From NCBI GenBank assembly GCA_951406725.2, contig OX597828.1, forward strand, positions 51,212,001 through 51,276,000: 64,000 bases of DNA. The letters run 5' to 3'. Positions 28,286 to 43,768 of the stretch are shown one piece after another; within the stretch, counting starts at the first letter, position 1; each line of letters begins with the position of its first letter. Source of the stretch: Octopus vulgaris (taxonomy: Eukaryota). The position numbers were made by a program, and so were the translations under genes. The notes under the pieces are model-generated. The model worked only from the letters and a program-made list of their open reading frames with translations. It had not been told where the DNA came from and ran no database searches.

Positions 28286-28989
28286 ATATATATACACGCA
28301 CACACACACACACACATATATATATATTTGTATGTATATGTATGTATATATATATATATATATATATGTATGCATCTATATATACGTAGATATATGAACG
28401 ATTACATGTGTTTGTATATGTATCTCTCTTTCTGTCTGTCTATAACTACACACACATGCACCAACACACACACACACACACTCACGCATGTGTTTGTTGG
28501 AAGAAGTATCTTGTTGTAAAGTACTTAGTTCCCCCTAATGACCATCATGTGTTAACGAAGTCGTTTTATTTCAATTCTAGACCTGAAACATGCGAGTCTT
28601 GAGAGATAAATGGGATTTTGTTGTGACAAACATAGGACTGACATGCAAAAAGCGCATTGATCGATGGGTTCACATTCCTATTTACGAAGGAAATTTCAGT
28701 TTTGTCACACAAACTCATCAACAAATAAACGCAATAGCAAACCCAGAATGACCACTATTGATCGTTGATCGCTAGAAAGTACTCCGAGAGGATGCAGAAA
28801 CTGAGTGCGGCGGTGATTAGGTTTACGGTTGTTACCAATATCAACTACGAATTCTAGAACACAAGATAAAAATCAACGTTTCTGCGTAAGTGATAAACAC
28901 GCGCGGGCATACACGCCCGCACACTCACACACACACGCATACACACGCACATATATGTATATCTATGTATATAAATATGTATGTATATG

Positions 28990-29041
<52 letters not shown>

Positions 29042-29879
29042 GTGAGTATATGTGTGTAGTATATGTACATCTGTGTGGATATACATGCATCTACGTGAAA
29101 AAATACGAAGTGCACATACATGTAGAGATATACTTCAACATTTTTACAAGCAAATGCATTAAGCAGTTTTGAGATTTATGTATAGAAATCACGTGGCTGT
29201 AATAGGCGATGAAGTGGTAGATTCATTCGGATGCGATTTTATTTTATCACGTGTGTTCAAATCTCGCATTTCATTGCCTTTCTGTCAGTGCCGATACCAA
29301 GGACATTTTTCTCCAACGGCTACTGCGAATCAGTCTCTTTACACAAAAAGGCGAAATACCTGTCTGTGACTGGGCTCTACAGACCCCTCAAGCACCCATA
29401 AACTATTTCCAAGAGTGCTTTGAGAAGATGAAATCTTTCCTCCTGCAATGTAACCCAGGAAATATTTTGATGAATAAAATTTTAACATTCAGAGAGAACT
29501 CAGCCCACACTTCCTTCTTCAATAACTCTATTGATGTCTGCCATTCGAGCAGTTTTCCTTCGTCCTTTTTGAAAGTTCAGTGATTGTAAAGTGCTTTCTT
29601 ACGATTGTTTTAGTTTGCCGTGGTTTCATTTGTTTCTGGATGTAGTTGAAATGGTGTATGTGGTTGTTGAAAACTTCTTTGAGTACCCTCCTATGCATGT
29701 TTTTTTTGCAGCTATTTCTGTTTCTGAGAGTGCTACTGGTTATAGCTCCTGGTGGCCTTTGCAGTTATACTGAGAGCAGTGTAATGATCTACAATTATGC
29801 AAAATGGGACAGAACAGACTTGAAGTAACACGTTTTGTCACATGTATAGCTCCTTAGTGTTTTACCTACCACAATTACT

Positions 29880-30350
29880 AACGTTTATTTACAGCCTGCC
29901 CCCGAATACGAATGGTCGGAAATGCCTGGCAAGTTTCCATGTATAACTAACATCTGATACTCGATCGATATTCCGCTTCAATTTTGGCAGAGAATGGATT
30001 TTAAATTAACCACCTTACTGAGTTCCATAACTTTTATCACACTTAGTTGTTGCATGTGATGTGATACATCACCAGCTTTCTTTTCGTAAATATGTGCAAT
30101 GCGCAAGTGTTTTTTTTTGTTACATGTCTGGCTTCCAAGCAGATTTTGCACATATCATATTTTTCTCATTCCACATACCTTAGTGCCTACCACATGTCTT
30201 GAAAACATAGTTCAATTCGTGCCACACGTAAGTGCTATGGCCTTACGTCAACCGTCTATATATGCATTTATGAGGGAGTTTTTTCGTTTCATGTTTCAAA
30301 GAAAATTATGCTCCAGGCCGTGTTACATCACGTTTCAACTGTCCTATGTA
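29880..30350 (-). mobile_element. Highly decayed RTE-clade LINE 3' fragment
   Basis: Minus strand gives TVDVRP*/ALTCGTN*TM..VCGMRK, like the RTE VRP.LTYG.ETW...EMR motif; many stops. Confidence 0.35.
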
Positions 30351-31404
30351 TAACTTCTTTCTATGAAGCGATTGTATCGTCAACTCAAGTGTTATTAACG
30401 CAAAGGAAATTCTTTGTTTGCTTTTTTCGATGTTGTTGTTGTCGTCCATGTTATCGTTGATGTTCTCGTTTTAGATATTCCATCAGTGAATATAAACACT
30501 ATCAGGAGCAGATGACATACCCTGAACTGAAACGCCGCCATTTGTTACCATGAGTGCCCGTTGTGATAAAACGGGCACCCGCGCTGGTCATATTTTCTCG
30601 CTCTTATCGTGTTTCTAATTTGGCTTCTTTCACTCCCACATCGTTACATTCTTCACCAGTAAGCAATATCATTCTCCACACGGATTCATACATTTTCGTA
30701 CAAAATGTTAAATTTTATGAAAATGAAATATTATGCAGGTGATTCGCTTGAGGTGGGATCGAGCAAATGTAGCTAATTTCTTTGTGCAACTGACAGAAGT
30801 TTTCAAGAAAAACATCCAATTTTGAATGGAATCAGAAAATTATTGAAATTTTCCTAATCTGAGATCTTTTTCGTCAATGCCCAAAGTAACTACAACAACA
30901 GCTATTACTCACATCAATGATTTTTTTTCTTCATTCGGTACAATTGCAGCTATTTTAGAAAACAAGAGTTGGTAAATTTCATTGCCTACACTGCTTGTTC
31001 GACACTCAATTTTATCGATCTCAAAACAACGAAAGTCAAAGTTGACCTCAGATAGATTTGAAAACGGAAAGCAAACAAGCGGAAGATATGTCACTGAACA
31101 TTTTGGCCAATACGACACTAATCACTATGCCAGCACACAGCTTAATGATAATATATTTGATATCGGTCGGATTTGAAGGTGGAACGTAACGAAAACGAAT
31201 GATGATAATGATAAGCTGACATATATATATTCTTTTTTTTAAAATTTTTATTTGTTTCAGTTATTTGAGTACGGCCTCAGGACTTATTCCTTATAAATCT
31301 AGTACTTATTCTATCGGCCTCTTTTGCGGAACCGCTAAGTGACGGGTACGTAAACACACCAACATCGGTTGTCAACCGATGGTGGGAGGAAAAACAGAGA
31401 CCCA

Positions 31405-31481
<77 letters not shown>

Positions 31482-31775
31482 TGGCCCAGTAGTTAGGGCA
31501 GCGGACTTGCGGTTGTAGGATCGCGGTTTCGATTCGCAGACCGTGAGTGTTTATTGAACGAAAATACTCTAAAGCTCCACGAGGCTCCGACAGTGGGTGG
31601 TGGTGATCCCTGCTGTACTCTTTCGCCACAACTTTCTCTCACGCTTTCTTCTGTTGGCCTGCTCGCTTAGCCAGCGGGTTGGCGTCATTTGAAGGGTACA
31701 ACAATGCGAAGAGCATTGTTTCCAAGGATATGTAGCAACATCTGATAGCCTGGTCGGTCACGGTGATCAGGGTGA
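31482..31775 (+). mobile_element. SINE family B
   Basis: tggcccagtagttagggcagcggacttgcggttgtaggatcgcggtttcgattc head and the shared central region. Confidence 0.85.
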
Positions 31776-31783
31776 TATATAAT

Positions 31784-31835
<52 letters not shown>

Positions 31836-32495
31836 CACACACACACACACGCACACACACATATATATATAGTATATATATGCATGTATATATTTATGTA
31901 TATGAATATATATATATATATATGTATATATATGCATGGATACATACATACATTCATACATACATACATACATACATACATACATACATACATACATACA
32001 TACATACATTCATACATACATACATACATACATACATAACATATCAAGTATCAAATTAGTTATAATTGATAACATTTCTAAATTTCTTTCTTTAATAAGG
32101 GATCTGGAAAGGATGCAAATAAAATGTTTGACGAAGAAACAAATTTTTTTCTTTATGCAGTTATAAATGTATATTAATTTACATTCGCTGTATTTCGGAT
32201 GTAAAATAAAAAAGAAAATAAGTAAATTAAAACTAATAAAATACTTGTTATGTAGAAAATAGAGAATTAGAAAAAAATAATGGGAAGATATAGCGAAGTA
32301 CAAATAGAAAAACATACTCCAACTTCAATTTCATACGCAAAATTTGTTTCAAAACGATGAGTGCAAATGGAAAATTATTGATACGTACGTTTTTTCCCCT
32401 TTCCTCCTTTATATATATCGCTGCAAATGTCCATTTGCATTCCTCCTAGAAATCCACTGAACAATCTCTTGTTCAGCTCATTCAAATTTCATTAA

Positions 32496-32558
<63 letters not shown>

Positions 32559-32621
32559 CACCACTAAATACAAACACACCACACACACGTACACAAACAC
32601 ACAGTCACCCACACAAACAGA

Positions 32622-32686
<65 letters not shown>

Positions 32687-32725
32687 GTCTGTCTGTCTGT
32701 CTGTCTGTCTGACTGTCTATCTGCC

Positions 32726-32779
32726 TGTCTGCCTCTCCCTCTATCTACCTCTCCCCCTCTCTCTTTCAGTCTGTCTTTT

Positions 32780-32847
<68 letters not shown>

Positions 32848-33140
32848 GACAAAACCACTATTTTGCAAAACAAACAAGGAAAGACTTAATCAATACATAA
32901 ACATTTTTAATATAAAGAAATAAACCGCCACTACAATCGTTTCATGTCTTCAATGACATTCGTCACGTGGATTTTCGATCTCCTAATTAAAACAGATTAG
33001 GAGATCGAAAATCCACGTGACGAATGTCATTGAAGACATGAAACGATTGTAGTGGCGGTTTATTTCTTTATATTAAAAATTTTTATGTATTGATTAAGTC
33101 TTTCCTTGTTTGTTTTGCAAAATAGTGGTTTTGTCTCGAA

Positions 33141-33203
<63 letters not shown>

Positions 33204-33276
33204 TTATATATATATAGAGAGAAAAAGACAGACTGAAAGAGAGAGGGGGAGAGGTAGATAGAGAGAGAGGCAGACA
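32726..33276. repeat. ~550 bp palindrome including a (TA)n-flanked element (32844-33139) and its host flank
   Basis: Inner arms near-perfect around an 8-nt loop (32988-32995); outer (CT)-rich and (AG)-rich flanks are also mirrored. Confidence 0.95.
33013..33055 (+). ncRNA. Minimal type I hammerhead (C3G), mirrored at 32928-32970 on the minus strand
   Basis: ccac-GTGACGA-atgtc/attgaa/gacat-GAAA-c/gatt/g-TA-gtgg. Confidence 0.7.
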
Positions 33277-33340
33277 AATTGGATTTAATCCTAAATCTGA
33301 TTTTCCCTGTAAATTTGGATTTATTCCCTAATATTTATTA

Positions 33341-33385
<45 letters not shown>

Positions 33386-33711
33386 CTTATATAGGAGGGT
33401 GGGGAGACTACGATGGAAGTGGTGGTAGAGGTTTAGAAGAATTTGGAAAGGTATGAGAAAGAATTAAACTATATATGTGTGTGCACACACTTGTATACAT
33501 ACGCCTACATATATATATATATATATATAAGAAAATGGTGAGGATACAAAATCGACATACATCAGCTGGGATACATTCTAGTATGTCTATTTATTCCAAT
33601 GTATTAGAATGCATAAGATGAATACATACACATGCATTAACCATGCATTACATACACATTTACTAATATTACAAAAAAGAGCAAAATATCAGATTATCAG
33701 TAGGTGCTAGT

Positions 33712-33839
33712 TCCTTACGGCCGTTTCTGCCAAGAAGTAACGAAATCCTCCATGCCACCTCCACCTATTCAGTATTCTGTTGTAGGGATGGGCAAATAAA
33801 GTTTGGATGATGAATGTGCATCTAGGCTTCTTCAGTGGG
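33712..33839 (-). ncRNA. Type I hammerhead with long stem II insertion, in (TA)n-flanked element ~33527-34476
   Basis: CTGAAGA-agcctaga..~90 nt..tcttggca-GAAA-c/ggcc/g-TA; palindrome ACGGCCGT; stem I weak. Confidence 0.6.
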
Positions 33840-34473
33840 TCTAAGTGGTTGGGATGATCAATACATATAAGAAATATTTAACAATAGGTACAGTGTGTTT
33901 GTCTTTTTTTTAATGGCGGAAAAAGAATAGGAGAAAGAACAAGAATAATCATGTTGATGTGAGTGTAGTTCAACTTAGTATAAAATTTAGGTATAGCAAG
34001 AGGAATAAGATACAGACTTCCCGTGGTGTATTCTAATATCCATGTTATTTCGTCCAATGGTGGATAGATAAATATAGTTGTTCTCAGGAAGAGTTTTTTC
34101 AGGAAGGGTGAATTTAGTCAGTAGTTTGCATTGTTTACATAAAAATTCCCACTATTTTTACATACAATTACAGTGGTGGATTTGAAGGTATAGACCGTGT
34201 TACAGAAGTGAAAGTTTATATCTAAAGTGCCAGCCAGTAGGTGCAACGTTGCGGAAGGTATGGCATAAGCAGCCTATGATGGTGAACCTATCATAGAAAA
34301 ATTTGGTGTATGACTGTACTAATGAGAGTAAGGAACCAGGTGGGACCAACGTGTGGTGTTGGTGTTCGTTACTTTTTGCCGAGCAACAAGTTTCGGAATC
34401 CCTGTGTGTTGTGGGGTAGTGGTCATGGCCAGTCCTACAACCTAATTGGTCAGCTATTTCTTTTGAAAACCAT

Positions 34474-34558
<85 letters not shown>

Positions 34559-34636
34559 ATGTATGTATATATGTATATATATATATATATTTATATATAT
34601 ACATATATATATTATATATATATATATATATACACT

Positions 34637-34691
<55 letters not shown>

Positions 34692-35581
34692 TGTAAATGC
34701 ATATACATACATGTGTACTCACAAGCACACGTACACACATCTATATATAAATAAATATGAGGAAACATGTTCATGGTAACAAGCATGCATATTTGCATAT
34801 TTATCAAATGTATCTATATTGCTATGGACACTGTATTTTTAACGGTATTTATCACCTTAATTTGGAAAACAACACCTGATTTCTCTTTAATAGAATTTGG
34901 AGCCTACTTAATAAGGCGTTATTTGCGAGACATAATTTCAGCATCTTTATAAAAACCAGAACTCTAACATATTGAATACTTGAAAATGAATTAGAATTAT
35001 AATTTTGTTAATAGAGTGGAAAAATATCTGAAAAGTAGTATTTAAAACTTATTTTATATAGTTGTTTATCTTACAATTATTTTCTTTCTGATTAAGTTGT
35101 AATGATCTTTACGCGAAATATAATACTATCCAGGTTTTCCCAGTTTTCCAATTTATTTGTATTACCTCCATTTTAATTGGTAGGGCTTACACATGATTTA
35201 GAAACATGTGTGACATTACAAACAGTGTTATGTTACAAACCTGATAATTTAGTGTTCGATGTATAGATGATGACTGCATTAATTTATGATTATTTCATTT
35301 ATCCTTGTCAGTAAAGACCATTAACTTTACATTTCAAGTAAATTTACATCAAAATATTCAGACATTTTGGGACATTAAATCAACATTTGAACCTAATTTT
35401 CTCTCTCGTTATTGCCCCTCTTCTTTGTCAATACACTATTTGATTTGGTTTCAACAGATTCATATATTGATTAATTGTTCCTCCTTAGACTACGTTTTAG
35501 GATTTAGTAAATATAAAACTAAACAAAATATAAAACAAAATGAATGTTAATACAATAATTACTACAATAGTTAATTAATAG

Positions 35582-35734
35582 CCGTAGGAGTGGCTGTGTG
35601 GTAAGTAGCTTCCTTACGAACCACATGGTTCCGGGTTCAGTTCCACTGCATGGCACCTTGGGCAAGTGTTTTCTATATAGCCTCGGGCCGACGAAAGCCT
35701 TGTGAGTAGATTTGGTAGACGGAAACTGAAAGAA

Positions 35735-35828
<94 letters not shown>

Positions 35829-36030
35829 TTATGCGTCTGTGTTTGTCCCCCTAGCATCGCTTGAGAACCGATGCTGGTGTGTTTATGTCCCCGTTACTTA
35901 GCGGTTCGGCAAAAGATACCGATAGAATGAGTACTAGCGTTACAAAGAATAAGTGCTGGGTCGATTTGCTCGATCGACTAAAGGCGGTGCTCTAGTATGG
36001 TCACAGTCAAATGACAGAAACAAGTAAAAT
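35582..36030 (+). mobile_element. tRNA-derived SINE family C (CORE-like ccttgggcaagtg) with internal (TA)n(TG)n
   Basis: ggagtggctgtgtggtaag..ccgggttcagttcc head and gcaccttgggcaagtg; related pieces at ~31245-31410, 36385-36995 and 51050-51860. Confidence 0.8.
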
Positions 36031-36149
36031 ATTTAAAGAGTAATACTAAAATAGTTATGGTTTATCATGTCCGGAATGGTGTTATACGTACAGCTGAGGA
36101 GATGTAACAAAACTATTGCAAACTCCTATTCTGAAACAACTAAATATAT

Positions 36150-36995
<846 letters not shown>

Positions 36996-37302
36996 ACCCA
37001 TATGTACCTGTGCATGTGTCTACGTGTTGTCCCCTCGCAAACCTGTTGACAATAGTCGTTGTTTGTATACCATACAAACCAGTGCAAGGTCATGGTCGCA
37101 GTCCGAACACTGTAACGAGTAAAGCCTAAAGAATATTAACACTGATCCTTTCAATTGTCAGCATGTGAAGAGATGGATAAAACATGTGGTGGTTCTGCCG
37201 AAGTACAATATTCCAGAGTAGATCCGTTGTATTCTACAGGGTGATAACACTTTGTACTATAGTTAAAAGGTCTGAAATTTGGAGAACGGGCATTTTCAGT
37301 GA

Positions 37303-37603
37303 TTCACTGGTACGTAATTTATCGACCTCGAAAGGATGAAAGGTAAATGCGACCTCGGCATAATCTGAACTCAGAACATAGCGGCAAACGAAATACCTAT
37401 TTCTACTTCTTTCCTGCCCGACAGACAAACGGTTTAAGTCGATTATATCGACTCCAGTGCGTAACTGGTACTTATTTAATCGACCCCGAAATGATGAAAG
37501 GTAAAGTCGACCTCGGCAGAATTTGAACTCAGAACGTAGCGGCAAACGAAATACCGCTAAGCATTTCGCCCGGCATGCTAAGGTTTCTGCCAGCTCGCCA
37601 CCT
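37303..37603 (-). mobile_element. SINE family A tandem copy
   Basis: Two cores joined at gaaatacctatttc. Confidence 0.88.
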
Positions 37604-37825
37604 TATTTTACAAGGTAATGATTAACAGTTACAATAAAACACAGGAAGATATAAGAAAAGTTTCACTCCCATTAGATTTCATTGTAATAACAAGATTTAG
37701 AAATACTTAGTAGTAAATATTTGTCACGATATTACAAATATCTCATTGAATATCGCTTTTGATATCTTCGTATGCGTAGGCAGGCATATGTATGTATGTA
37801 TGCATGTTTCTATGTATGTATGTAC

Positions 37826-37891
<66 letters not shown>

Positions 37892-38279
37892 ACTATTATC
37901 AATATGTGTGCTTCCATACTTGTATGTGTATAAACAGGGAGAGAAGGAGGTATATATGTGTGTATGTATATATATATATATATATATACACGCATGTATG
38001 TCTGTCCGTATCACAGTTATATATCCTCACGCATTTACTTATGCAAATATATTCAGATGATAGTATGGAATTATGCATTTTCTGAAACAATAAATAAGAT
38101 GCTTGAAAATGTATTTATCTTTGGGATAATCACATGAAATACATCTTTTAATCTTTAAAGCTATTTTCGATATCCCAATATTCTGATATTCTACGTATAC
38201 ATACATGCATGTATTTATATATATATATATATATACTCTGTGTGTGTATGTGTATATATGTATTTATGTGTGTACGTAC

Positions 38280-38770
38280 TGTTTCTCTTCTGTTTCGGAT
38301 AGAGGTGAAAAGACCCATTGTATTTGTTTTGGGGATTATCACATCATATTTTTGGAATTGTTGCAAATGCTGTTTCCCTGTTGCGCTTGTGTCTTTAAGC
38401 ATAGTGTTTTTTCCCACCACATCTTTTTTAATGCCTTACTCGGTCTTAGCTTTATGGACGAAATATTCCTTTACTTTCTGTTCCAAAACATTCATCTTCT
38501 ACCCGCTTATCTCAACAGAAACGTTCAGATATGTTCCGTTTATGAACATCAGCGCATCTCGGACACATTTATTGCTATTTTTACTGTTTGTTAGAAACGT
38601 ATGTTCTTCAAATTGTCGTTGGTTATTGCAATCTTCGGATATCTATTGCAGCTAGATTCCCTTCGGTGACAGATAGATTTCGGAAAGTTTATTCATGTTT
38701 CATCTCTATAATGGTAAACAACTGCCAGTTGATAAAACGCCCGCTCATTTTATGGTCACCCTCTGTTTGG
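38280..38770 (-). mobile_element. Possible very old RTE 3' fragment
   Basis: Weak motif order QL..IIEMKHE..R...P..KV.EYF..GLFTSIR resembles the RTE C-terminus; many stops. Confidence 0.3.
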
Positions 38771-38944
38771 TAGAGTAGTCTTTTGTGTGTTTGTTTGTTT
38801 TTTTAGCTGTTATAGTTGCGTCTTTCGTTGCTGCCTGTTTGCAACCCGATGCGGAGAATTCAGAACAGTTGTCTGTTTTATAACGCACTTAATCATTTGT
38901 GACGTTAGCACCCAAACACAACACACACAGACACATACACCTAC

Positions 38945-39033
<89 letters not shown>

Positions 39034-39301
39034 TATATGTATGTATACATATATATATATATATATATATAATTATAAATAAGGGTTAAATGCAACAAGT
39101 TGCTCAAAACCGCATACCGAAAATATTAGAAATAGCAGCCAAAATTGGTCACCATTTCCTCTACTAGTAAAAAGTCTCCACAAACAAACAGAATTTGTAA
39201 GCTGTATATGGCAAAAAAGGCAGAAAATAACGAAATCCCAGCCTATGGATTAATTATAGACGACTCGTTTCTGGATTAGAACCGAAGGTTCATTTCCTTG
39301 T

Positions 39302-39417
<116 letters not shown>

Positions 39418-39430
39418 ACATATATATAGT

Positions 39431-39703
39431 GGAGGCGCTTGGCTTAGTGGTTAGGGCATTCGGCTCACGATTGTAAGGTCGTGAGTACGATTCCCAGCGA
39501 CACGATGTGTCCTTGAGTTGTACCTGTATTTCATAGGGCCAGCCTTGTCACACTCTGTGTCACGCTGAATCTATCTCCCTGAGAACTACGTTAGGGGCAA
39601 GCGTGTTTGTGGATTGCTCAGTCACTTGCTCGTTAATTTCACGAGCAGGCTGTTCCGTTGATGGTATCAGCTGGGACCCTCGTCGTCGTAACCGACGGAG
39701 TAC
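39431..39703 (+). mobile_element. tRNA-derived SINE (family B relative)
   Basis: ggaggcgcttggcttagtggttagggcattcggctcacg..gagtacgattccc head followed by gtgtccttgag. Confidence 0.75.
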
Positions 39704-40383
39704 TCCTTTATACACAGATAGACAGATAGACAGATAGATATAGATAGATAGATAGATAGATACACATGCATCGATATATACGTAGATGCACACACGTAGA
39801 TAAATATTTTTTTATATATACATACATGCATACATCATATACATACACACACACACAGATATGTAAGCATTGTATGAATTCAGGGAATAAAAATATCAAG
39901 TATCTTTGTTAAATATATTTTGTTCTTCGTTGGACTCTAGAAACATCTGTTCTTTATATCGACATCTCACAATGGAATAGTGTAGATAAGTACAGAAATA
40001 TAATCGATATAAGCAAAATTGTAATACAGTTTTAATGTTGATTTAGGTAAATATTGATTGAAGGCCAGAGTATTATCGTTCACATGGTGTTTCGCAAAGA
40101 CTTTAAGATCTATAAATAGGAATATATGTGGTTTACATTTTAAAGAGAAATACGTGCGCTGTTCAAAGGGTTGAGATTGACAGGAAATCAGCGTTATAAT
40201 AAAATCATAACAACATTGATTTGGTCTAAAAGCTGCAGGGGTTCTTCATTGTTTATGAAGTGTTATAAAATATTAATGACATTTACTCTACGGAATGTGG
40301 TATGAGGATTCCCAGTTTGATGCCAGCGGGCGAGGAATACACAAGTCTGACTTCAAATTCCATTATCATTATCGTCATTGTTT

Positions 40384-40780
40384 AAGGCTTCCAGCTGGCA
40401 GAATCGTTAGCACGCCGGGCGAAGTGCGTAGCCGTATTTCGTCTGCCGTTACGTTCAGAGTTCAAATTCCGCCGAGGTCGACTTTGCCGTTCATCCTTTC
40501 GGCGTCGATTAAATAAGTACCAGTTACGCACTGGTGTCTATGTAATCCACTTAATCCGTTTGTCTGTCCTTGTTTGTCCTCTCTGTGTTTAGCCCCTTGT
40601 GGGTAGTAAAAAAATAGGTAATTCGTCTGTCTTTACATTCTGAGTTCAAATTCCGCCGAGGTCGACTTTGTCTTTCATCCTTTCTCGTCGATAAATTAAG
40701 TACCAGCGAAATATTGGGGTCGATCTAATCGATTTATCTTCACTATCAAAATTTCTGGCTTGTGTCTTTATTAGAAAAGA
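40384..40780 (+). mobile_element. SINE family A tandem copy
   Basis: Full copy, then a second core starting after aaataggta. Confidence 0.9.
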
Positions 40781-40799
40781 TTAGTATTATCATTGTTCA

Positions 40800-42075
40800 A
40801 TATTTGGTTGTTTCAGGCAAGTTTCTCCTGCTACACCTTCGTGTTACTGGGGTGTATACAGCACTCTCAGTTCTTTGTCGTTGTTGGGAGTGTGCAAACA
40901 CTTCCCGGTATTGTATTGCATCAATTTCTGTGTTTTTTTTTATGAGGTGTGGTGCAGTCGTTTGTAGTATTAGTGTTTGTATTGTGTGTTCTGTGTATGA
41001 TGTGTTAGGTAATCGACTGCTGGTGGTAATTTATTTCATTGGATATTTGCTCTATATAGAAGTTGCCTTGTGTTTGTCGATTCTTTTGTTTAGGTTGCGT
41101 TATTGAATTCATAGTCTCTTGCCTAGGATGTGGGCTGTTCTTAGCAAGGCTATTTTTTAAGTAGCGTCTAGTGTTGAAGATCCAGGTATAGTTCTACGTT
41201 TTAGTTCAATTTTTTCTTTTGTCATTCGCAATGCTCTAATTATTACTGGTACTGTTTTCACCTTCTTGCCCCACATGTTGAATATTTCAATTTTGAGGTC
41301 TTTGGACTTTCGATAATTTCGTTACTTCTTTTTGTACAATATTTTGGTCAGAAGGGACTGCAATGTATATCAGTAAGTAGGTGCTTTTTTCCAATCCTTG
41401 ATTATCATCAGGGATTTTAAGTATTATTATTTTTTTGTCATATTCCAGATGATTGTGGGCTGACCATGGTTATGTACCTTGTTTGGCACATGTTTATACC
41501 ATGTATTGTCAGTTTTTATGTTGGAGTGTTGGAATAACGGCCAGTGGATATAACTGCTTACGCAGTCATGTCTGTATATATTTTCAGATTTGGCCTGGAC
41601 CGGACAACTAGGGATGATGTGGTCAACTATCTCATTGTGTTTGATTGCACATTCTGCACTCGGTGTTTGGACAAATTTTCATTATTTTGCTTTTATAGGG
41701 ATTCGTAGTAAGACGTTGGTCTTGAGCAGCGAGAATCAGCCCTTCCGTTTCAGCTTCTAGTCCAGAGCATTTGAGCCATAGTTGACTTTTACTAGGCTCA
41801 AATTTTCTCTGTCAAGCCTTGCAAAGTAATGGCCATGGATCGATTTCTCCCTCCATTTCAGTATGTTTTTTAATTCTGTTTCCATATTATTTTTTGTCTC
41901 TTTGACCATGCTGTCATCTGAGGTTGTGTATCAGTGTAATTTGTTTCTGTTTTGTATTTCCTCGCCTTCCTGTGTATAGAGAAAAGGGTTTACTTTTTCT
42001 CGTGATGCTTTATTACAAGTAGTAGTCTTCCACTTTTTGTTTCTAATTATTTTTCTAGTCCAACTGTTCTTATTT
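40800..42075 (-). mobile_element. Decayed R4/Dong retrotransposon 3' part
   Basis: Minus translation includes WREKSIHG, WLKCSGLEAETEGLILAAQDQ, CRMC..EIVDHIIPSC, RHDCV..IHW, DLKIEI..VPVII.AL and KIALLRTAHIL, with stops and frameshifts. Confidence 0.88.
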
Positions 42076-42119
42076 TATAATACGAGGGTGAGTCAAAAAG
42101 TAGCGCCACCAGGAAGCAT

Positions 42120-42830
42120 CATAGAAGTGGCTCAGCAAGGCTGACCTAAAAAAGAATACTGAAAGCATAATCATCGCTGTCTAGATATTAAATACCAACT
42201 CAGAGAAAACGGATATATACGACAGAATTCCACTGAACCTCTGCAGAATGTGTGGGAAGAGGGTCGAAAGTATGACTCATATTGTTAGTGCCTGTGAAAG
42301 TCTTACAGAGAAAGAGTACAAGCCCAGACACGACAAGGTAGCCCAAAACATTCACTGGTTACTATACAGGAAACATGGATACGAGGGAACAGGTGCTTGG
42401 TATCAACATACATCGGAAAAGCAATGGACGAAAAGTGGAAGGCAAAAATCCTCTGTAAATTTGACATCCAGACAGACAAAGTGTTAGAGCACTGAAGGCC
42501 GAATATACTAACGTTTAGGAGGGACAAACAAGAGGGCCTAATTATTGATGAGACAATCTCAGGAGTTCAACATATTATTATGAAAAGTAGAGAAAATATT
42601 GATAACTATAGACACCTGAGAATTGACATCGCTAAGACGTTAGAGCTACGTGAGTCAAACATTAAGGTTGTCCCTATTGTCATCGGAGCATTGAGTTCAA
42701 TACCACCAAACCTGAAAAACAAGGTATCTGGAAACTTTAGAAATACCCTACGATCTAGGTGTATTGCAAAATCGGTACTACTTGGAATCGCACGCATATT
42801 ACGTAAAGTACTATCTGTCTGAAGTATTTG
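42120..42830 (+). mobile_element. Decayed R4/Dong retrotransposon CCHC knuckle and restriction-like endonuclease
   Basis: CRMCGKRVESMTHIVSAC, RHDKVA..IHW, DIQTDK..RPNI, VVPIVIGAL, KSVLLGIARILRKVL; in-frame stops. The segment to ~43335 ending in (TAA)n may be its 3' UTR or a separate repeat. Confidence 0.9.
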
Positions 42831-43335
42831 TTGTAACTTCTAATCTTAACTGATTGGAAGTGATATCATGTACATTGTTTTGTCTTGGTATAAAAGATCG
42901 GCCACAGCAAATATTCTGCTCCATACCAGAGATTTGCTTATTAGTTGTTTGACCATAACCAATTAAGCATTTCCTTGTTGGCTGACGATGTGTGCCTCTC
43001 TGATCACGAGCAAAAGTAGTAGGAGAGCATCATAGCCATTTGTAGAGAGAAATTCTTTGTGATTTGAATAATTCACCTTTGGAAACATGAGTATTTTGTT
43101 CAACATCCTTAAACAAACTTTATTCAGGGTTCTTTTGAGCAGGGTGGATTACTCGACCAGAAGAAAATTCTAACTGGACACCACCTGGAAGTTTATGCGC
43201 TGTTTATCTTGATATAAGATCACCATGTCGCGCACATGCGGTTGTGATGCATTTACCCGGTGTACCCCTATCAGACGGGTAGTCATGATGGCTATATTGG
43301 ACTTCATATAATTGTACCCCAGTGTCACTTTGATG

Positions 43336-43768
<433 letters not shown>

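Noticed and set aside
29380-29760. Possible PLE GIY-YIG fragment (KEVFNNHIHHF on minus; EK..LMNK on plus)
   Set aside because: The motifs are on opposite strands and no YIG signature is visible; an HMM search would be needed.
37235-37290. tacagggtg Tc1/mariner-like end
   Set aside because: No matching second terminus or transposase remnant found.
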